Source: Candidatus Latescibacterota bacterium (lineage in GTDB: Bacteria; Latescibacterota; UBA2968). From it: a stretch of 64,000 nt of DNA. This document shows positions 49,907 to 60,038 of the stretch, piece after piece. The notes beneath the pieces are model-generated. The model saw only the letters and a list, made by a program, of their open reading frames with translations. It searched no databases and was not told the origin of the DNA. Position numbers and translations under genes: made by a program. The stretch spans positions 5,312,001 through 5,376,000 of the forward strand of contig OZ242010.1 in NCBI GenBank assembly GCA_965204745.1, read 5' to 3'. Each line of letters opens with the position of its first letter. Within the stretch, counting starts at the first letter, position 1.

Positions 49907-50797
49907 ATGGATAAATCACAGACAAAAATCATGCTCGACACGGCCGCAAAATTGGCGCGGGACACCTGCGCGGATATGATTTTGCTCGTGACCCACTCCG
50001 GCATCCCCCCCGCGGCTGTGCAGAAACTCAATACCATCTGTCGGGTCTTGGTCGCGACGCGAGACGAACATTTCCCGTGCGACATCGAAAAGACCGGGGC
50101 GCAACGGTTGATTTGCGATTACGATGGCGCGCACTTCGAGCGCGTGCGGCAATGCGTCATCAAGGGCATGGACGAGGGGCATATTCGGCGCGGCGCGCGC
50201 TTGGTATGCCTGAGTCGCCTGCTGACCCCACACGGGGTTGACGCGCTGATGGTGCTGGATACGGATGTCGGGTTTGACGGGTACGACCCGGCCGATATTG
50301 CGGAACTATCTGGCGATTTGCCGGTGCGCGTGGTCAAAACCGTGCTCAATATCGCGCTCGACATCGGGCGGGATGGGCGCGAAGGCGAACCGGTCGGCAC
50401 GTTTTTCGTCATCGGGGATTCCGAGCGGGTGTTGCGCCATTCGCGGTCTATGACCTTTGATCCGTTTCGGGGATATTCCGACGAGGAAAAGGATATTTGC
50501 AATCCGGATATTCACGAAGGCGTCAAAGAAGTCGCGCTGATGGATGGGGCATTTGTCGTTCGGGACGATGGGGTTATCCTGTCGGGCGGGCGGTATATTT
50601 CCGCCAATGTGCAGGGCCTCGTTTTGCCCAAGGGCCTGGGCGCGCGCCATGTGGCTGCGGCATCCATCACCAAGACCACCCATGCCATTGCCGTGGCCGT
50701 TTCCCAATCCACGGGGACGGTTCGCGCATTTAAGCGGGGCCAGATCGTTTTGCAACTCAATTCGGACCATCGGCACATCAGGCAAGATCGGCGATAA
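49907..50797 (+). CDS. Diadenylate cyclase (DisA_N domain; DacZ/CdaZ-like architecture)
   Basis: GREG..VGT.F, DGAF, GLGARH.AAA.IT, VSQSTG; no TM or HhH domain; start uncertain. Confidence 0.8.
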   Translation: MDKSQTKIMLDTAAKLARDTCADMILLVTHSGIPPAAVQKLNTICRVLVATRDEHFPCDIEKTGAQRLICDYDGAHFERVRQCVIKGMDEGHIRRGARLVCLSRLLTPHGVDALMVLDTDVGFDGYDPADIAELSGDLPVRVVKTVLNIALDIGRDGREGEPVGTFFVIGDSERVLRHSRSMTFDPFRGYSDEEKDICNPDIHEGVKEVALMDGAFVVRDDGVILSGGRYISANVQGLVLPKGLGARHVAAASITKTTHAIAVAVSQSTGTVRAFKRGQIVLQLNSDHRHIRQDRR

Positions 50798-50804
50798 AAG
50801 AGAA

Positions 50805-52073
50805 ATGTTCGGAAGACGCTGGATCGCGCCCCTGTCGACCGGGGCGGTTATGGCGGGCAGTTTTGTTGCGATGCTGGCATGGGGCGGGCGAGTGCCGGTT
50901 TTTTTTGTGCTCTTTGGCCTGGCGTCTGTGGCCTATTTGATTGCGGTTTGGCATTGCGACCGCATGCCCTTGCCGGTGATCGCGGTCGCCGGCATCGCGT
51001 TTCGGGTGATTATGCTCTTTGCCACACCCGCGCTGTCCGATGATGTTTATCGCTATGCGTGGGATGGGCGCGTGCAGTGGGCCGGCATCAATCCGTATTG
51101 GTTTGCACCGGCCGCGGCCGAGTTGGCGCATTTGCGAGACGCGCGGATTTATCCCCATATCAATCACCCGGAACTGCCGACCATCTATCCGCCCGGCGCG
51201 CAAGTGGCGTTCTGGTTGGGATATGGCATGTCGGGGGGTATCGCGGGCATCAAGGCATTGCTCGCGGGCGCGGATTTGCTCGCGGGCTGGCTGTTGGTGC
51301 GGTTGCTCGGGCACTTCAATCAGCGAGCGCAATGGGTTTTGATCTATCTGTGGCATCCGCTGGTGGTGGTGGAGATCGCGGGAAACGGGCATCTCGAAGC
51401 CCTGGGCATCGCGGCGGTGTTGGGCGCGTTGTATTGCTTTTTTAAGGGCAGGGACTACATCGCACTCGGCGCGCTGGGCGGGGGCGTTTTGGTGAAGTTC
51501 CTCCCCGTCGTTTTGTTGCCCGCGTTCGCGCGTTGGAAAGGATGGCGACCGCTAAATTGGCCCGCACTGCTCATCGCGTTAGGCGTGGTGTCGCTGGGTT
51601 ATTTGCCGTTTGCCTGGGCGGGTGCGCCGGTTTTTGGCAGCTTGGGCGCGTACGCACAACACTGGTCGTTTAATAGCGCGGCATTCGATGTTCTCGTGTT
51701 GCTTTGCGGCGACGGGCAACTCGCGCGGGGCATCATCGCCGCGCTTTTTGTCGGGATCGCGCTGTGGCTCTCGTGGCGGCGCGTGTCCGCATTGCGCCAT
51801 GCGTATCTGACTGCTGCGGCCTTTGTCCTGCTGACGCCTACGCTGCATGCGTGGTATGTGGTGTGGCTGATTCCATTTCTCGCGTTCTATCGGCATCCCG
51901 CGTTGATCGCGTTTTCCCTGCTGGTGGTTTTGTCCTACGATGTTCTGATTCCATATAAAGCCACTGGCGTGTGGGAAGAAGCCCCGTGGGTGCAATGGGC
52001 CGAATTTGGCGGCGCAGCACTGGTGGGCGTCACGGCGTCGTTCTGCAAGCGAAAAGAGAAACGGAAATCTTGA
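50805..52073 (+). CDS. GT-C fold membrane glycosyltransferase (GT87/DUF2029-like)
   Basis: LSDDVYRYAWDG, NPY, TIYPP, GH.E, H.WY; multi-TM. Confidence 0.85.
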   Translation: MFGRRWIAPLSTGAVMAGSFVAMLAWGGRVPVFFVLFGLASVAYLIAVWHCDRMPLPVIAVAGIAFRVIMLFATPALSDDVYRYAWDGRVQWAGINPYWFAPAAAELAHLRDARIYPHINHPELPTIYPPGAQVAFWLGYGMSGGIAGIKALLAGADLLAGWLLVRLLGHFNQRAQWVLIYLWHPLVVVEIAGNGHLEALGIAAVLGALYCFFKGRDYIALGALGGGVLVKFLPVVLLPAFARWKGWRPLNWPALLIALGVVSLGYLPFAWAGAPVFGSLGAYAQHWSFNSAAFDVLVLLCGDGQLARGIIAALFVGIALWLSWRRVSALRHAYLTAAAFVLLTPTLHAWYVVWLIPFLAFYRHPALIAFSLLVVLSYDVLIPYKATGVWEEAPWVQWAEFGGAALVGVTASFCKRKEKRKS

Positions 52074-52156
52074 CGAAAATAGGGCGTTGTTTTTATTTTA
52101 TTCAACTCGAAGGATTCCGCGATAGGCTGACCGCTACCCTCTTGTATCTTCAGGCG

Positions 52157-52463
52157 AACACGGGGACATCGCCCCTACACACTACTCGCCTTTGAACTGG
52201 CTGTCGCCAGTTGTACCCCGCTCGTGCTTTTTGTGGCTAATCGCCCCTTGTGGCTCACTTCAGGTAGGGTGGTCGGGCGGGGACTGACAACTGACAACTG
52301 ACAACTGACAACTGCCTCTTGTGCCTTTGAACGGGCTATCGCCAGTTGTACCCCTTTTGTGTTTTTGTGCCTTTGAACTGGCTGTCGCCAGTTGTACCCC
52401 GCTTGTGGCTAAAATCCCATCTCACGTCTCACGTCTCACGTCTTACGCTTTTCACGTCTCACG
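52157..52463. repeat. Repeat cluster: REP half (cccctac), three palindromic GAAC.GGCT.TCGCCAGTTGTACCCC units, GACAACT and CGTCTCA heptamer tracts
   Basis: Read directly from the sequence. Confidence 0.9.
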
Positions 52464-52488
52464 CTTTTGATCGAAAGGAGAAAAATAG

Positions 52489-52977
52489 ATGGTGGTGTTG
52501 CGAGTTGTGTCCCTGTTCTTCATACCGCTAGTGTTGGCATGCGGCGGGCAAAAGCAGGCGGCGAACGCCCTGTTTGAGGAGGGCGAAAAGGCCACGCATG
52601 ACGTGGCGACGCATCCGGTTGCCGAGGCCAAGTTGTCGGAATTTTTGGCGCGGTTTCCGGACGATCCGCGCGCAGAAGTGGCTTTGCAAGCCCTGGCGCG
52701 AGTGTTGATCAATTTGCAAAAATACAAAGAAGCCATTACGCGATACGAAACCCTGATCGAGCGGTTTCCGCAGAGCCGATATCGCGTGCAAGCGCGATTT
52801 ATGATCGGGTACATCCACGATCAACAAGGCGATCACGAAGAGGCGCGGGCGGCCTATCAACAGGTCGTGGATGCGTATCCGACCTCCGAGTTGGCAGACG
52901 ATGCCAAAATTTCGATTCAAAACTTGGGCAAGACGCCCGAGCAGTGGTTGCGTTCCAAACCCATCAACCGAGAGTGA
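52489..52977 (+). CDS. TPR lipoprotein (BamD/YbgF-like)
   Basis: Lipobox LAC; F..RFP....A..A and YP.S.LA.DA repeats. Confidence 0.8.
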   Translation: MVVLRVVSLFFIPLVLACGGQKQAANALFEEGEKATHDVATHPVAEAKLSEFLARFPDDPRAEVALQALARVLINLQKYKEAITRYETLIERFPQSRYRVQARFMIGYIHDQQGDHEEARAAYQQVVDAYPTSELADDAKISIQNLGKTPEQWLRSKPINRE

Positions 52978-52981
52978 TGCG

Positions 52982-53986
52982 ATGTCAGTTGGATCAGTCG
53001 GACAGGATATTCAAGTTATCAATGAACGGGTCGGGCGCGAGAGCGCGTTTGTCGATAGGCTCATGACCGAAGTGGGCAAGGTTATCGTCGGGCAGCAGGA
53101 TATGATCGAGCGGTTGCTGATCGGCCTGTTGTGCAACGGTCACGTCTTGCTCGAAGGCGTTCCCGGCCTGGCCAAGACCCTGGCGGTCAATTCATTGGCG
53201 CAGGCGATTCGGGCGTCTTTTAAGCGCGTGCAATTCACCCCGGATTTGTTGCCCGCGGACTTGATCGGCACAATGGTCTATCACCGCGAGACCGGGCAAT
53301 TCGTCGCGCAACAAGGGCCGATTTTCGCCCAACTCGTGCTCGCGGACGAAGTCAATCGCGCCCCGTCAAAGGTGCAAAGCGCGATGCTGGAAGCCATGCA
53401 GGAACGGCAAGTCACCATTGGGAACGAGACCTTTGCCATGCCCGATCCCTTTTTGGTGCTGGCAACGCAGAATCCCATCGAGCAAGAAGGCACGTACCCG
53501 CTGCCCGAAGCGCAGGTGGACCGGTTCATGCTCAAAGTGCGCGTGACGTACCCCAACAAGCAGGAAGAGCGCGCCATCGTGGATCGCATGAGCCGAGACG
53601 ACGCCCCGCACATTGAAGTGATCACAACGACCGAAGATCTCATTCGCGCGCGCAAAGTGACCGATGAGATTTACATCGACGCCAAGATCAAGGACTACAT
53701 CGTCGATCTGGTGCTGGCGACCCGAGATCCGGGCGCGTATCGCTTGGGCGATTTGCACGCCCTGATAGAATTTGGCGGGTCCCCGCGCGCATCTATCGCC
53801 CTTGCCCGAGCCGCCAAAGCCCATGCGTTTTTGCGCCACCGCGGCTATGTCACCCCCGAAGACGTGAAGGCCATTGGCATGGATGTCCTTCGCCACCGCA
53901 TCTTGGTCACGTACGAGGCCGAAGCCGAAGAAATCGACTCGGAAGAGATCGTGCGCCAAATATTCGATCACGTTGAAGTGCCTTAA
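52982..53986 (+). CDS. moxR: MoxR-family AAA+ ATPase
   Basis: LLEGVPGLAKT, QFTPDLLPAD, DEVNRAP.KVQSA.LEAM.E, ATQNPIE.EGTYPLPEAQ.DRF. Confidence 0.93.
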   Translation: MSVGSVGQDIQVINERVGRESAFVDRLMTEVGKVIVGQQDMIERLLIGLLCNGHVLLEGVPGLAKTLAVNSLAQAIRASFKRVQFTPDLLPADLIGTMVYHRETGQFVAQQGPIFAQLVLADEVNRAPSKVQSAMLEAMQERQVTIGNETFAMPDPFLVLATQNPIEQEGTYPLPEAQVDRFMLKVRVTYPNKQEERAIVDRMSRDDAPHIEVITTTEDLIRARKVTDEIYIDAKIKDYIVDLVLATRDPGAYRLGDLHALIEFGGSPRASIALARAAKAHAFLRHRGYVTPEDVKAIGMDVLRHRILVTYEAEAEEIDSEEIVRQIFDHVEVP

Positions 53987-53992
53987 AGGCGG

Positions 53993-54170
53993 GAAGAAGC
54001 AAGAGGGGAGAAGCAAGAGGGGAGATGAGAGAAGGCCACCGCGCTATCCCTCTCAAGTGGTCAGTAGTCAGTAGTCAGTGGTCAGTAGTCAGTAGTCAGT
54101 CCCCGCCCGATAGCCCATCCACAAGTAAGAAGCAAGAGGTGAGACGGGAGAAGGCCACCCCAACACCCCA
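53993..54170. repeat. Composite heptamer repeat (AAGCAAG/GAGGTGA and GTCAGTA tracts) with three C-rich spacers
   Basis: Includes agcccatccacaagtaag, nearly identical to part of the 52-bp unit at 191. Confidence 0.85.
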
Positions 54171-54213
54171 AAACCCGATGCACTTCGTCGATTTGTCTAT
54201 TTTAGGAGAAAAA

Positions 54214-55239
54214 ATGAAAACACATGTATTTACCAGCGGGCAAGCGGGGTATCACACCTACCGCATTCCCGCATTGTCGGTGACAAAAGCGGGCACCTTG
54301 CTGGCGTTTTGCGAGGGGCGGCGCAATGGCCGCGGGGATCACGGGGATCTCGATTTGCTGGTGAAGCGGTCGGAAGACGGGGGCGAAACCTGGTCTGAAC
54401 AGCAATTGATTTACGGCGAGCCGGGCGAGGTGACGATAGGCAATCCCTGTCCCGTTGTGGATGCGAACACGGGCGCGATCTGGTTGCCGTTTTGTCGGGA
54501 AAATGACGCTGTGTTGATCACACACAGCGAGGATGATGGCAAGACATGGGCCGATCCCGTGGGGATCACCGCGGATGTGAAGAAGGCCACCTGGAACTGG
54601 TATGCGACAGGGCCGGGCATTGGCATTCAACTCCAACGGGGGGAACACGCGGGGCGGTTGGTGATCCCGTGCGACCATCGAGCGGATGAAATGTACGGCA
54701 ATGGTTCACACGTCATTTACAGCGATGACCATGGGGCAACGTGGCACCTGAGCGCGTCGATCACACCGGGGGCAAATGAGTGTCAGGTCGTGGAATTGGA
54801 CGATGGATCGTTGATGATGAATATCCGGATGCAGACGCACAGCGACGGGGTGCGCGGGATTTCGGTGAGTCGAGATGGAGGACACAATTGGTCCGAGATC
54901 GTCCACGATGCGAATTTGCCGTGTCCAAAATGTCAGGCGAGTTTGGTGGGCAAAGGCGACCGATTGGTATTTTCAAATCCCGTATCGCCCACGCCGCCAG
55001 AAAATCCCGCGCGGGGAACCCGATTTTATCCGGGCAAGGGCCGAGGCGAGCGCGTGAACCTAACCGTTCGGTTGAGTGAAGATGGCGGGCGGACATGGCC
55101 TTGGAGGAAATTGTTGTACAAAGGCCCGGCAGCGTATTCGTGTTTGGCACTCTTACCCGATGGCGACATGAGCTGTTTGTATGAGGCGGGAGAAGCGCAT
55201 CCGTATCAATACCTGATTTTTGAGCGGTTTAGAATATAG
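54214..55239 (+). CDS. Sialidase-family (GH33/BNR) protein
   Basis: YRIP; Asp-boxes SEDGGETW, SEDDGKTW, SDDHGATW, SRDGGHNW, SEDGGRTW; AYS. Confidence 0.9.
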   Translation: MKTHVFTSGQAGYHTYRIPALSVTKAGTLLAFCEGRRNGRGDHGDLDLLVKRSEDGGETWSEQQLIYGEPGEVTIGNPCPVVDANTGAIWLPFCRENDAVLITHSEDDGKTWADPVGITADVKKATWNWYATGPGIGIQLQRGEHAGRLVIPCDHRADEMYGNGSHVIYSDDHGATWHLSASITPGANECQVVELDDGSLMMNIRMQTHSDGVRGISVSRDGGHNWSEIVHDANLPCPKCQASLVGKGDRLVFSNPVSPTPPENPARGTRFYPGKGRGERVNLTVRLSEDGGRTWPWRKLLYKGPAAYSCLALLPDGDMSCLYEAGEAHPYQYLIFERFRI

Positions 55240-55249
55240 CTTGCAAAAT

Positions 55250-56029
55250 TCAAAATCGGCGTTCGGACGAACGACAACAGCGAAAACCAATTTCCTTCCC
55301 CTGCCATCTGGGATCGAGCCGTCCGCGCTCCTGTACCCTGACGGCCGGCGCGCCATTGACCCAACTGCCACCTCGCATCACGCGCAATCCCCCACTTTCT
55401 GGCCCCTTGGGATTTTGTTGCGGGCTGTTGCGATAATAATCCACCCGGTACCAATCGGCCACCCACTCCCACACATTGCCCGCCAAATCAGCCACCTCAA
55501 AAGGACTCAGGCCCTTGGGAAAACTGCCAACGGTCGCGGGCTTGCCCAAATGCCCATTAAAGTTCAATTTTGTCGGATCGGGTTCCCCGTTGCCCCATGG
55601 ATAGATTCGCCCATCGCCACCTGCCGCCTTTTCCCACTCCGCCTCTGAACACAACCGTTTGCCTGCCCACGCGCAAAAATCTCGGGCATCGAACCAGTTG
55701 ACGCAGACGACCGGTTGCCGTGCAACATTAAACCCGACCGAATCGATACAGGCCGATGGGCCGCGTCCCGTTGTCGCAACGAATAATCGGTACTCCGCAT
55801 TGGTCACTTCAAAACGATCGATCCAGAAAGCCTCCAAAAACACCCCATGCGCGGGGCCTTCATCGCGGCCAAATTCATCGGTACCCATCACAAATTCGCC
55901 CGTTGGAATTTGCACCATTTCTGAGACCCCTTCGGGCGTCGCTTCCGGCTGAACGGGAAAATCATCCCCGCAACCGGCGAGCAATCCCATCCCTATCAGC
56001 GCACGCAGAAATTTCAGAACACACGACAT
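55250..56029 (-). CDS. FGE/SUMF1-domain lipoprotein
   Basis: Lipobox LAGC; F.MG, EVTN..Y, RL.SEAEWEKAA, D.AGNVWEW, RGGSW, GFRC. Confidence 0.9.
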   Translation of the reverse strand: MSCVLKFLRALIGMGLLAGCGDDFPVQPEATPEGVSEMVQIPTGEFVMGTDEFGRDEGPAHGVFLEAFWIDRFEVTNAEYRLFVATTGRGPSACIDSVGFNVARQPVVCVNWFDARDFCAWAGKRLCSEAEWEKAAGGDGRIYPWGNGEPDPTKLNFNGHLGKPATVGSFPKGLSPFEVADLAGNVWEWVADWYRVDYYRNSPQQNPKGPESGGLRVMRGGSWVNGAPAVRVQERGRLDPRWQGKEIGFRCCRSSERRF

Positions 56030-56140
56030 CGCAATCGATCTCCTAAATTATGCGGTTGGGATAGCGCAGAAACGGGATGGCGGAACCGCGTCCTTTAAGG
56101 TGAACGAACAGAGCTATGCGACAAGAGATGATCGCACTTC

Positions 56141-56175
56141 AAAAAAAAAGGACACCCAGTTGGGTGTCCTCTTTT
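56141..56175. terminator. groEL intrinsic terminator
   Basis: A9, aggacaccca/tgggtgtcct stem, tttt. Confidence 0.85.
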
Positions 56176-56193
56176 GCTGAAAAGCTGACCGCT

Positions 56194-58138
<1,945 letters not shown>

Positions 58139-58187
58139 TGCTATGCCTCCTTGTGCGAGGTGGGGTAAAAAACGAAACGATTTCTTT

Positions 58188-58214
58188 TTAGCACTCTTGG
58201 CCTTCGAGTGCTAA
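58188..58214. promoter_or_regulatory. CIRCE operator (HrcA site)
   Basis: Perfect TTAGCACTC-N9-GAGTGCTAA upstream of groES; minus-strand promoter TTGCGT-17 bp-TATATT at 58252-58224. Confidence 0.95.
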
Positions 58215-58319
58215 CGCGGGCAAAATATATCAAAGTCCCTTTGACTACGCAAGAAAAAATTAAAAAGTGGGACGATCTCTCTCGAGACCGCCCCACTCAA
58301 AAATCGATCATCGCCCAAA

Positions 58320-58766
58320 TTACTCGGCATTGTACATCTCTTGAAACGCCAGCACGAGATCGCGCAAGGTTTGGGCATTGGCCGGGTCTGTGGTCTGTTT
58401 GCACTTCATGGCCGTGCGAATGATTTTGTGCAACGCGACCAGCTTATCCGTATAGGCTTTCATCGCCGCGGCGTCATCCGCTGCTGGCTCTGTGATTCGC
58501 TGCGCGAGGAAATATTGCGCCACGACATCGCGGATGTGGTCCGCGTGGTGCTCTTTGTTGATCACCCACCGCACGATCTGATTGTCATTTCTTTCGCTTT
58601 CCCCGGACAACTTGTCGATTTCGTTCATCGACTTTTCAATGGTGTCCACATCTTCCAACAGGGCCGCAAACCGCCCCTCATCGCCGTAAATCCCGCACGG
58701 AATCTCGCAGTGCGCGCCCACGAGCGCGGGATAGAGGAACAACATCACAAAAAAACAGCGTCTCAT
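58320..58766 (-). CDS. sodN: Nickel superoxide dismutase
   Basis: Ni-hook HCEIPCGIY after a hydrophobic leader; RWV..KE.HA, QYFLAQR, KCKQ. Confidence 0.9.
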   Translation of the reverse strand: MRRCFFVMLFLYPALVGAHCEIPCGIYGDEGRFAALLEDVDTIEKSMNEIDKLSGESERNDNQIVRWVINKEHHADHIRDVVAQYFLAQRITEPAADDAAAMKAYTDKLVALHKIIRTAMKCKQTTDPANAQTLRDLVLAFQEMYNAE

Positions 58767-58835
58767 CTCGATCTCCTTTTGGTGAAATGTTCACAACTGC
58801 GTCTCGCGGACAATATAACACAAATCCGCCCAAAA

Positions 58836-59921
58836 TCAAAATCCCCACATTCGCAACGCCGCATCGGTCTTGATGTCCAACCCCATCGCGCGCAAGGGCT
58901 CGCGGCTGTCCAACAAAAATCGCTTGACCGCCCCGATGCCCACGACAAAGCCCAAACCGGGCTCGACCACCTCGCGCTCTGCAACCGAAATTTGACCGAG
59001 CAACTCGGGCGACAACACAGTGCCCTCGTTCAACCTTTGGTCGGGCAGCAACAACCGGAACGTCTCGGTTGTAGCCCCGCGGCACAGGCCCACGAGTTCC
59101 AAATTGGGCAAGCCATCGCGCACCGCAACCACGGGCCCGCCGCTATATCCCGCACGGATGGCCGCATCGACAAAAAACCGATCCTCGTGATAATCGTCCA
59201 AACTCACCGTGCCCGCGGTGAGGCGCGTCTTGCTTTTTGGGTGGCCGACGATATAGACAAAATTGCCCCATTGCAGCTCCGACGTCTTGCCGATAGGCAG
59301 CAAAAAGGGCGAGGGCTTCCGCATCACATGGGGGATATTGAGTTTGAGCAACGCGAGGTCCGCTTCCCGGTCCAGGCGAATAATTTTTGAATGGATGCTC
59401 TCGCCGTCGCGGTTGACCACCTGCAATGCCGCGCTGGTCTTAATGGAAATCCGCTCGAGCACGCTCGTTTCCATGCCACGCGCATCCCGCATGTAATACC
59501 GAATGGTATCGGCCGCGGTCACCAGATGGGCAGCCGTCAGCGCGATTGCGCTGTCGTACTGATTGGCAACCGATTGCCGCGCGATCACGAGGGCCGTGCC
59601 CACCTTGGAATACGAATCCACGGTTTTGCGGATGCCATCTCGCAACAGCCGATAGCCCGTGGGGCTGTTTTCGTCTGCGAGCGGCAAGCGCAACAACAAG
59701 CCCCGGTCATTTCTCATACTATGCGTGTAAAACACATTGGCGTATTGCGGCGTCCAGATAACTTTCACGGTAGAAACAAAGAGGGTTTCAAATCCAGATT
59801 GGGCATTGCCCCGCCCAACCGGCACGCGATAATCGTATTCGCCATCCGGCGCCAAAACGTATTGCGCGGCGCATCCCATCAGAGCCATTGGCATCAACGT
59901 GAAAAACCAGACCTTTTGCAT
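58836..59921 (-). CDS. Trypsin-like serine protease lipoprotein
   Basis: Lipobox LMGC; TAAH, DLAL, GYSGGP catalytic triad. Confidence 0.85.
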   Translation of the reverse strand: MQKVWFFTLMPMALMGCAAQYVLAPDGEYDYRVPVGRGNAQSGFETLFVSTVKVIWTPQYANVFYTHSMRNDRGLLLRLPLADENSPTGYRLLRDGIRKTVDSYSKVGTALVIARQSVANQYDSAIALTAAHLVTAADTIRYYMRDARGMETSVLERISIKTSAALQVVNRDGESIHSKIIRLDREADLALLKLNIPHVMRKPSPFLLPIGKTSELQWGNFVYIVGHPKSKTRLTAGTVSLDDYHEDRFFVDAAIRAGYSGGPVVAVRDGLPNLELVGLCRGATTETFRLLLPDQRLNEGTVLSPELLGQISVAEREVVEPGLGFVVGIGAVKRFLLDSREPLRAMGLDIKTDAALRMWGF

Positions 59922-60038
59922 TGCTTTTTCGCGCCCTTTCCGTATATTCCCATGTCGTTTTCTTCCACCGCAGTATAACACTTCGGCACTCGAAGTCAAG
60001 CGCTGCCATCCTCTCCCGCCTCTTCTCACGCTACCATA

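Noticed and set aside
52188-52412. Palindromic about 30-bp repeats as a mini-CRISPR
   Set aside because: Spacing is irregular, the intervening DNA is itself 7-mer or 9-mer repeat, and copies are dispersed across the window.
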